A DNA stretch of 13,715 nucleotides from Bacteroidia bacterium (GTDB lineage: Bacteria; Bacteroidota; Bacteroidia; Bacteroidales; VadinHA17), in contig JAPLDX010000061.1 of the NCBI GenBank assembly GCA_026391215.1, forward strand, positions 1-13,715. The letters run 5' to 3'. Positions 7,495 to 13,715 of this stretch are shown here, piece after piece. The position numbers and the translations under genes were made by a program. Below the pieces are notes generated by a model, which had not been told where the DNA came from, did not search any database, and saw nothing but the letters and a program-made list of their open reading frames with translations. Within the stretch, counting starts at the first letter, position 1. Every line of letters starts with the position of its first letter.

Positions 7495-8106
7495 ATGTAT
7501 AAAGTTCATTTCGAAAACAGATTTATACTTTTAAGCCCTGAACCTGACCGGCTACAAAAATACGGCTTATTCCACAAATTTTACGACACCAAGGAACTTT
7601 ATAAAGTAATATCTGATTTTCAGTCAGATACAAAGATTCACTCAATAAACATTTACGGACCCGATATAAAGTATATCTGGAAGATCTTCAGGATTTACTT
7701 TACAGAAGTAGGTGCTGCCGGAGGTCTTGTGAAGCACACCAGCGGGAGATTTCTATTCATAGAGAAGAAGGGCAAGCTTGATCTTCCCAAGGGTCATATA
7801 GAGCAGGGGGAGGAGCCTGAAGCCTGTGCGCTGAGAGAGGTAAATGAAGAGTGCGGAATATCAGGTCATACTATTATAAAGCCATTGCCGGACAGCTACC
7901 ATACCTATACCTGGGAAGGTATCTCGTACCTGAAGAAAACCAGCTGGTTCCTGATGAAATATGACGGGGAAATGCTTATAGAACCACAAATAAAAGAAGG
8001 CATTACCAGGATTGAATGGCTTCTGCCCGAAGAGATCAGTAAAATCAAGAGCTCAGCCTGGTTGTCGCTGATGGATATGATAAATATATCAATTATTAAG
8101 AGTTAA
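7495..8106 (+). CDS. Nudix hydrolase (Bacteroidota pyrE-divergent type)
   Basis: 203 aa with a complete Nudix box GHIEQGEEPEACALREVNEECGI (GX5EX7REUXEEXGU), AAGGLV and the family-typical MYKV start. Confidence 0.92.
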   Translation: MYKVHFENRFILLSPEPDRLQKYGLFHKFYDTKELYKVISDFQSDTKIHSINIYGPDIKYIWKIFRIYFTEVGAAGGLVKHTSGRFLFIEKKGKLDLPKGHIEQGEEPEACALREVNEECGISGHTIIKPLPDSYHTYTWEGISYLKKTSWFLMKYDGEMLIEPQIKEGITRIEWLLPEEISKIKSSAWLSLMDMINISIIKS

Positions 8107-8585
8107 TTTTCCTCTCCTTTATAATCTTTAAGGTTAATTGATGCCGGTACAAATTTAGAAGCATCACCACCGCTGCGTATTATATCACGGACGATAGTTG
8201 AATTGACGGGCGTATGCTCAGGCACCGTCAGCAGAAAGACAGATTCAATATCTGATGCCATTGCTCTGTTTACCTGCGCAATTGCTCTTTCAAATTCAAA
8301 GTCGGCTGCTGTTCTCAATCCTCTGAGAATATATTTTGCACCATTCTTCTCACAAAAATCTACTGTAAGTCCTTCATAGTGATCGACCTTTACGCGTGGC
8401 TCATCTTTAAATACCCGGGATATCATTGCTTTCCTGGTGGCGAGGGAATAATAGCTTTTTTTAAGTGCATTGGCGCCAACAGCAATGATTATCTCATCAA
8501 AGAGGCTTAGAGCCCGCTTTACAATGGCTTCATGTCCTATTGTAAAAGGATCAAATGATCCCGGGAAAACTGCAATTCTCTTCAT
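8103..8585 (-). CDS. coaD: Pantetheine-phosphate adenylyltransferase
   Basis: 160 aa with AVFPGSFDPFTIGH, LRGLRTAADFEFE and NSTIVRDI. Confidence 0.97.
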   Translation of the reverse strand: MKRIAVFPGSFDPFTIGHEAIVKRALSLFDEIIIAVGANALKKSYYSLATRKAMISRVFKDEPRVKVDHYEGLTVDFCEKNGAKYILRGLRTAADFEFERAIAQVNRAMASDIESVFLLTVPEHTPVNSTIVRDIIRSGGDASKFVPASINLKDYKGEEN

Positions 8586-11044
8586 TCAAAAGTTATTTTT
8601 TTCGGATTTTTTACTTTTTGTTTCAACAGGGCAAGATCAAGGACATCCATGATGGTTTCAACATAATGAAATCTCAATCCCTTAATATAAAGTTCTTTAA
8701 TGTCTTCCACATCTTTCCTGTTCTCTTCAGATAAGATAATTTCCTTTATGTTTGCCCGCTTAGCTGCCAGGATCTTTTCTTTTATACCGCCTACGGGCAA
8801 TACCTTTCCCCTCAAGGTTATCTCACCTGTCATTGCCATGTACTTTTTAACCTTACGCTGGGTGAAAGCTGAAGCTATTGATGAGGCCATTGTAATACCT
8901 GCCGAAGGACCGTCTTTGGGGATAGCTCCCTCAGGGACATGTATATGAATATTCCATTTTTCGGAGAAATTATCAGGCAGGTTCAGTAAAGCAGCATTGG
9001 CTTTCAGATATTCAAGCGCAATAACTGCAGATTCTTTCATCACATCACCCAGGTTGCCGGTAAGAGTCAGTTTGCCTGAGCCCCTGCTTATGCTTGTCTC
9101 CACGAACAATATTTCACCTCCCGCTGCAGTCCAGGCAAGTCCTGTAACCACGCCCGCCTGATCGTTTCCCGAGTAGATATCTCTTATATACTTTGGCGGG
9201 CCAAGCGTCTTCATCATCACCTTCTCAGAAAGAGAAGCGCTGTATTCTGTTCCGGTAGCTATATTCTTGGCAGTTACCCTGACTATTTTTGCAAGGCGCT
9301 TATCGAGTTCCCTTACACCCGATTCCCGGGTATATTTTTCAATAAGCTTTTCCATTACACTATTGCTAATTATCAGCTGTTTTGCCTTAACGCCATGATT
9401 TTCAAGCTGTTTTGGGAGAAGGTGTTGTTTTGCTATTTCAAGTTTTTCCTCAACAAGGTAGCCGCTTATTTCAATGGTTTCCATTCTGTCGCGAAGTGCT
9501 GGACTAACTGTTGCCAGTGTATTGGCTGTTGCTATGAACAGTACTTTTGACAGATCGTATTCCATCTCCAGGAAGTTATCAAAGAAAGTGCTGTTTTGCT
9601 CAGGATCAAGGACTTCAAGAAGTGCTGCAGAAGGATCGCCTCTGAAATCCTGGCCTACCTTGTCGATCTCATCTAGAATAAAGACAGGGTTTGAAGAACC
9701 TGCTCTCTTGATGTTCTGAACTATACGGCCAGGCATGGCTCCGATATAAGTTTTGCGGTGCCCCCTTATTTCAGCCTCATCATGCAGGCCTCCCAATGAC
9801 ATTCTGACATATTTTCTGCCAAGTGCTTTTGCTACCGACTTGCCAAGTGAGGTTTTCCCAACACCCGGAGGACCATAAAGACATATTATAGGAGATTTCA
9901 GATCGCCTTTTAGTTTAAGCACGGCAAGATGTTCCAGTATCCTTTCCTTTACCTCATCAAGGCCAAAGTGATCGTCATCAAGTACCCTTCTTGCATTTAC
10001 GAGATCCAGATTATCGAGGGTATATTCACACCATGGAAGATCCAGTAATGTCTGAATATAATTTACCTGGACGGAGTATTCAGCAGCAGCAGGATTAAGG
10101 CGGCTAAGCTTTTCAAGTTCCTTATCAAAGACCTTGTTGACTTCTGCTGTCCACTTTTTTGATTCGCTTTTTTTCCTGTACTCCTCGATTTCTTTTTCAA
10201 GGGGATTGCCTCCCAGCTCATTCTGGATCGTTTTCATCTGCTGATGAAGCAGGAATTCTCTCTGCTGCTGGTCGAGATCGCTTTTTACCTTTGACTGAAG
10301 CTCATTTTTCAGCTCCAGTACCTGGATTTCCTGAACAAGGAATTCGAGGAGCTGGAATCCTCTGTCGCGTATATTATTGATCTCTAAAAGCTTTTGCTTA
10401 TCCTGTACCTTAATATCAGTATTGGAGCAGATGAAATTTATAAGGTATGTGTTGTTCTCAATATTCTTTATGGCAAATGAAGCCTCAGGGCTGATGCTCG
10501 GATTTATCTTGATAATCTTTAGGGAGAGATCCTTTAATGATCCTACAATAGCATTAAAGTCTTTGCTTAATGATTCCGGCTTCACTTCAGGTATCGTACT
10601 TACCTTTGCAATAAAATAGGGATTATCTGATACGAGTCCTCCAAGGATCATTCTTTTTCGCCCCTGGATAATTGCTGTGGTTGAACCGTCGGGCATCTCA
10701 AGAAGCTTAACTATCTGGCCTATTGTCCCGACAGAATGGAGATCATTGAATCCGGGATTTTCAATATCAGGATTCTTTTGTGCAACAGTTCCTACAATCT
10801 TATCATGTCTGTAAGCGTCCTTAATAAGCTGAATAGAACGTGGCCTTCCTATTGAAATTGGCAGCACCACCCCCGGAAAAAGAACTGTGTTACGGAGTGA
10901 CAGTATCGGGATAGCTTCAGGTACTTCGACATCCTCAAGGTCATGATCATCCCCATCCGCGATGATGGGAATAATGTCGCCCTCTCCGTCAAGCATATCC
11001 GGCAATAAAAATTCGTCAAAAGTTTTTCTGAATTTTCTTTCCAT
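8582..11044 (-). CDS. lon: ATP-dependent Lon protease (LonA)
   Basis: 820 aa with Lon N-domain LRNTVLFPG, Walker A GPPGVGKT, RGHRKTYIGAMPG, ILDEIDK, catalytic Ser in PKDGPSAG and Lys in GGIKEK. Confidence 0.98.
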   Translation of the reverse strand: MERKFRKTFDEFLLPDMLDGEGDIIPIIADGDDHDLEDVEVPEAIPILSLRNTVLFPGVVLPISIGRPRSIQLIKDAYRHDKIVGTVAQKNPDIENPGFNDLHSVGTIGQIVKLLEMPDGSTTAIIQGRKRMILGGLVSDNPYFIAKVSTIPEVKPESLSKDFNAIVGSLKDLSLKIIKINPSISPEASFAIKNIENNTYLINFICSNTDIKVQDKQKLLEINNIRDRGFQLLEFLVQEIQVLELKNELQSKVKSDLDQQQREFLLHQQMKTIQNELGGNPLEKEIEEYRKKSESKKWTAEVNKVFDKELEKLSRLNPAAAEYSVQVNYIQTLLDLPWCEYTLDNLDLVNARRVLDDDHFGLDEVKERILEHLAVLKLKGDLKSPIICLYGPPGVGKTSLGKSVAKALGRKYVRMSLGGLHDEAEIRGHRKTYIGAMPGRIVQNIKRAGSSNPVFILDEIDKVGQDFRGDPSAALLEVLDPEQNSTFFDNFLEMEYDLSKVLFIATANTLATVSPALRDRMETIEISGYLVEEKLEIAKQHLLPKQLENHGVKAKQLIISNSVMEKLIEKYTRESGVRELDKRLAKIVRVTAKNIATGTEYSASLSEKVMMKTLGPPKYIRDIYSGNDQAGVVTGLAWTAAGGEILFVETSISRGSGKLTLTGNLGDVMKESAVIALEYLKANAALLNLPDNFSEKWNIHIHVPEGAIPKDGPSAGITMASSIASAFTQRKVKKYMAMTGEITLRGKVLPVGGIKEKILAAKRANIKEIILSEENRKDVEDIKELYIKGLRFHYVETIMDVLDLALLKQKVKNPKKITFE

Positions 11045-11071
11045 TTTCCCTTTCTCCTTTTTCCTTTCTCC
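11044..11071. repeat. Four-copy heptamer repeat in the lon translation initiation region
   Basis: Minus strand GGAGAAA-GGAAAAA-GGAGAAA-GGGAAAA; the last A is the A of the lon ATG. Confidence 0.6.
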
Positions 11072-11092
11072 GTATAATTTTTATGGGAGTGT

Positions 11093-11100
11093 CAAATTTA
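11093..11100 (-). promoter_or_regulatory. Possible -7 promoter element for lon
   Basis: Minus strand TAAATTTG about 48 nt upstream of the ATG; no clear -33 TTTG. Confidence 0.35.
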
Positions 11101-11137
11101 CGGAATATTTTAATTATTAAAGGTGATTGGGCATTAT

Positions 11138-11152
11138 ACAAAGATAGTGCCA
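11138..11152 (-). promoter_or_regulatory. Sigma-54-like (-24/-12) promoter upstream of lon
   Basis: Minus strand TGGCAC-TATCT-TTGT, with correct N5 spacing and one mismatch at -12 (GT instead of GC). Confidence 0.55.
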
Positions 11153-11176
11153 GAGCTCTCTTTGCCTTTTTGGCAC

Positions 11177-11293
11177 ATGTACCCACCCCCTCTATCCCCC
11201 TCCCTACTTCGTATGGAGGGGGATGTAATTGATTTGCAAACACTTAGCCCTCTTCCTTGCGAAGCAGGGAAGGGGGTTGGGGGATGGGTACAT
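11177..11293. repeat. Inverted doublet of C/G-rich REP-like palindromes (REPIN/MITE-like)
   Basis: Left arm ATGTACCCA-CCCCCTCTATCCCCCTCCCTACTTCGTATGGAGGGGGA. Right arm reverse-complemented: ATGTACCCATCCCCCAACCCCCTTCCCTGCTTCGCAAGGAAGAGGGCT. The 9-bp termini are perfectly inverted and each arm is an internal hairpin. Confidence 0.85.
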
Positions 11294-11301
11294 ATATAAA
11301 T

Positions 11302-11330
11302 AAAAAAAGGGGCTCTCAAACAACCCCTTT
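11302..11330 (-). terminator. Intrinsic terminator of rpmE2
   Basis: Minus strand AAAGGGGTT-gtttgag-AGCCCC-TTTTTTT, 19 nt after the rpmE2 stop. Confidence 0.75.
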
Positions 11331-11349
11331 CCAGTATAGATGATTTTTA

Positions 11350-11652
11350 CTATTCTATTTCTTCCCCCTTCTCTTTTTCTTTTTCTTTCTCCTTCTTTTT
11401 CCCTACATGGTCTTTGTACCGGGTGTTGAACTTATCAACCCTTCCTGCGGTATCGACCAGTTTCATTTTACCTGTAAAGAATGGATGTGATGTATTTGAT
11501 ATCTCTAACTTAATTAAAGGATACTCCTTACCATCTTCCCACTTTATGTTCTCTTTTGATGGTGCTGTTGTTTTGCTTAAAAAAGAGGTTCCGTTCGACA
11601 TATCCTGAAATACCACCAACCTGTAATTTTCCGGATGTATTCCCTGTTTCAT
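11350..11652 (-). CDS. rpmE2: 50S ribosomal protein L31 type B (zinc-independent)
   Basis: [36 protein letters not shown] and [13 protein letters not shown]; no Cys zinc ribbon; charged C-terminal extension. Confidence 0.96.
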   Translation of the reverse strand: MKQGIHPENYRLVVFQDMSNGTSFLSKTTAPSKENIKWEDGKEYPLIKLEISNTSHPFFTGKMKLVDTAGRVDKFNTRYKDHVGKKKEKEKEKEKGEEIE

Positions 11653-11705
11653 TGCTGTTCGTTTTTAATATTTCCCTGTGATAAAATGCTTTTGTTTAGG
11701 GACTG

Positions 11706-11736
11706 CAAAATTAATGAACAATATTTAATTTACAAA
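11706..11736 (-). promoter_or_regulatory. Bacteroidota sigma-70-type promoter of rpmE2
   Basis: Minus strand TTTG (11736-11733), 19-nt spacer, TAATTTTG (11713-11706): full consensus match. Confidence 0.75.
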
Positions 11737-11761
11737 CGGAATTTGTAATTTATTATGGTTT

Positions 11762-12988
11762 TCATTTGACTTCCTGGTTCTTGGTAGATCTATTTTCTTG
11801 ATTTTCAGCCATTTCATCAATATATCTTATAAATTTCAGTTTATCATTTATCATATAGCGATATGTGACATGGGTTTTTGCTTTTTTAGCTCCCAGGGCT
11901 TCGTATATTACCACCATTTTGGGATTATAGTCGCCTACCCATGAAAGCTCCATCTCTTTCAGCCATTTTTTTCTTTTAAACACCTGGTAAAGCTGGTAAA
12001 AAATTGCTGACTCAACACCTGTATTCTGATGTGAATGCAAAACACCTCCGACAACGGCTCTCACCCGTGTTATTTTATTTGTCATTTTATAATAAATGAA
12101 TTTGAGTATATTCCACAGGTGCAATTTACCGTTCAGATGTTTCAGTATTTGATTGAGGTCGGGAAGCAATATAAAGAATCCTATCGGCTTGTCATTAAAA
12201 TAAGCAAACCACATTAGCTCTTCATCAAGAATTGGTTTTGCCTGCATATAAGATTCTTCAAGGATGTCCGGTTCCAGGGGTGTGAAATCTTCCTTCAGAT
12301 AGATCCAGGTGGCATTGTATATTTCACACATATCATTAAAGTACTTCCGGCTGTTATTGATCTCGAAATGACGGAAAGAGTAACCGGGTCGTTTTGAGAG
12401 CCATTCGGCAATTTTCATGAGACGGTCCGGGAAGGTTACAATTTTATTATCGTCTCCTCTAATGGTCCGGTGGAATGAGTATTGATCGAAGTAATTATGA
12501 AATCCATAAGATTCAAATAAATCTTTGTAATACTTCTTATTATATGGCATGCCAAATCCCTGCTGCATGAATCCGTCAACAAGCAGGCCCCAGTAATTAG
12601 CATTTTCTCCGAAATTGATCGGTCCGTCCATTGCTTCCATTCCATGGGATGCCAGCCAATCTCTTGCAGTATCAAAAAGCCTGAAAGCCGCTTCCCTGTT
12701 TTCGATAACTTCGAAAAAACCCATCCCTCCTGTAGGCTGACTGTATGCAGAAGATCTTATCATGTCAACAAATGCCGCAATACGTCCTATAGTTTTACCG
12801 GAATCATCTTTAAGTATCCATCTTACAGCTTCACCATTTTTAAAAGTATGATTCATTACAGGATCAAAGAAACCCTCAATCATAGAATCAAGAGGGCATA
12901 CCCAGTTCTGGTCATCTTTATATAGTCTTTTAGGGAAATTGTGAAATTCCTTCTTCTCGTTCCGGTTCCTTATTTCAATTATCTGCAT
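11762..12988 (-). CDS. YghO-like tandem GNAT-fold protein (bacterial ceramide synthase bCerS-like family)
   Basis: 408 aa with LYKDDQNWVCPL, IGRIAAF, GMGFFE, MDGPINF, GLLVDGF, MPYNKKYY, LPDLNQILKHLNGKL, HSHQNTGV and ELSWVGDYNPKM, which is the motif order of this family as I recall it. Confidence 0.75.
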   Translation of the reverse strand: MQIIEIRNRNEKKEFHNFPKRLYKDDQNWVCPLDSMIEGFFDPVMNHTFKNGEAVRWILKDDSGKTIGRIAAFVDMIRSSAYSQPTGGMGFFEVIENREAAFRLFDTARDWLASHGMEAMDGPINFGENANYWGLLVDGFMQQGFGMPYNKKYYKDLFESYGFHNYFDQYSFHRTIRGDDNKIVTFPDRLMKIAEWLSKRPGYSFRHFEINNSRKYFNDMCEIYNATWIYLKEDFTPLEPDILEESYMQAKPILDEELMWFAYFNDKPIGFFILLPDLNQILKHLNGKLHLWNILKFIYYKMTNKITRVRAVVGGVLHSHQNTGVESAIFYQLYQVFKRKKWLKEMELSWVGDYNPKMVVIYEALGAKKAKTHVTYRYMINDKLKFIRYIDEMAENQENRSTKNQEVK

Positions 12989-13047
12989 GACACTGATTAT
13001 GTGAGATACAATTAAATATCAATAAGTTAATGATCAGTTTTCTCATG

Positions 13048-13055
13048 CAAATATA
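13048..13055 (-). promoter_or_regulatory. Possible -7 promoter element for the GNAT gene
   Basis: Minus strand TATATTTG about 59 nt upstream of the ATG. A TTTG lies 15 nt upstream (13074-13071), which is shorter than the usual spacing. Confidence 0.5.
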
Positions 13056-13093
13056 AACAGATTTCCGTAACAAATGGATAATCATATTGCCCG

Positions 13094-13114
13094 GTAGCCT
13101 GCAGCCTGCAGCCG
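13094..13114. repeat. Three-copy heptamer repeat abutting a stop codon
   Basis: Plus strand GTAGCCT-GCAGCCT-GCAGCCG, directly next to the minus-strand TAG at 13115-13117. Confidence 0.6.
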
Positions 13115-13714
13115 CTATTGTATATCTATTATCCTGTGGTCAATAAGGACAAAGAGAATTGATATAAGTACGGAATATATTAAGTAAACTTTTAACGGAA
13201 TGTATTCAGTGGGTTTTATTTTCATCTTAACCCAGACATATCCGATCAGAAAGATTTTGCTGATAGTATACACAACAAGAGTTGACAAGGCAACACCAAC
13301 AATATTATAACCCAATTTAATCATAAGCAGGCTCAGGGGGATATTGATAGACAGTTCCAGAATGGCAGCAATCAGTGTAATATGTGTTTTCTTTCTGCCA
13401 ACTATAATTGTCTGGGGAAACACCAGCCTCGGAATTATCAGCAGTGAATAGATCAGGAATATGTCAGCACTTTTTTGAAAGTCAGGTGTGAATACCCGGG
13501 GATAGAACCAGCGTGTAAAGAGCATGATTACCATTGTAACCGGGAAAAGAAAATACATCAGTCTTTTTGATTTAACCTTGATCTTTTGAAGTGACTCCTT
13601 CATCAATGAGCGGGTAGAAAATTCAGGAAGCATGGCACTGCTGAGTCCGTTGGCCAGCAATAATGCAAGAGGAAATTCCTTTGCCCCGTAACGGAACCAT
13701 GCAAATATCGATGG
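13115..13714 (-). CDS. MOP/Wzx-like oligosaccharide flippase (polysaccharide biosynthesis membrane protein), 3' part; 5' end outside window
   Basis: The frame stays open to the window edge (PSIFAWFRYGAKEFPLALLLANGLSSAMLPEF...). Multiple TM helices and C-terminal NIPLSLLMI..GVALST are typical of MATE/MOP-superfamily flippases. Confidence 0.7.
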   Translation of the reverse strand, partial: PSIFAWFRYGAKEFPLALLLANGLSSAMLPEFSTRSLMKESLQKIKVKSKRLMYFLFPVTMVIMLFTRWFYPRVFTPDFQKSADIFLIYSLLIIPRLVFPQTIIVGRKKTHITLIAAILELSINIPLSLLMIKLGYNIVGVALSTLVVYTISKIFLIGYVWVKMKIKPTEYIPLKVYLIYSVLISILFVLIDHRIIDIQ

Positions 13715-13715
13715 A

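Noticed and set aside
7489-7509. Extended pyrE start at 7509
   Set aside because: It would overlap the Nudix start head-to-head; MENSAIKIA at 7488 fits the usual PyrE N-terminus better.
8470-10619. Plus-strand ORFs opposite coaD and lon
   Set aside because: Antisense shadows of well-supported genes.
11016-11319. Small ORFs 11016..11243 and 11134..11319 (-)
   Set aside because: They are translations of the REP-like doublet, the terminator and the promoter region, with no coding signature.
11673-11702. Possible L31 leader hairpin (TCCCT...AGGGA) in the rpmE2 5' UTR
   Set aside because: Only a 5-bp outer stem and a weak A/U inner stem; it cannot be supported without covariation data.
13115-13660. 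181-aa ORF treated as a complete gene
   Set aside because: The frame is open to the window edge; this is the C-terminal part of a longer membrane protein.
1-13715. A novel multi-gene system (defence, mobile element or biosynthetic cluster)
   Set aside because: All substantial CDSs belong to recognisable housekeeping families in largely typical Bacteroidota arrangement; no nuclease, recombinase, reverse transcriptase or unexplained large ORF is present.

Overview
This is a core-genome window from a Bacteroidota (Bacteroidales-like, probably anaerobic) bacterium, judged from protein similarity and several TTTG-N19/20-TAnnTTTG promoters. Gene order: 3' end of hsp20 (+); a minus-strand run rsfS-ftsH-cdsA-psd-fprA; divergent birA (+); pyrE-SRPBCC (-); a divergent Nudix hydrolase (+); lon-coaD (-); rpmE2 (L31 type B, -); a YghO/bacterial-ceramide-synthase-like GNAT protein (-); and the 3' part of a flippase-like membrane protein (-). 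I see no transposase, integrase, CRISPR array, defence system or RNA gene, and no convincing new multi-gene system. The interesting signal is non-coding: a ~53-bp tandem array of three covarying hairpins that runs into the fprA stop codon; a C/G-rich REP-like family (an inverted doublet upstream of lon whose arms each match the G-quadruplex pattern, plus a minimal copy near pyrE); sigma-54-type promoters upstream of both ATP-dependent protease units; two short heptamer arrays; and very tight gene packing around pyrE and the Nudix gene.
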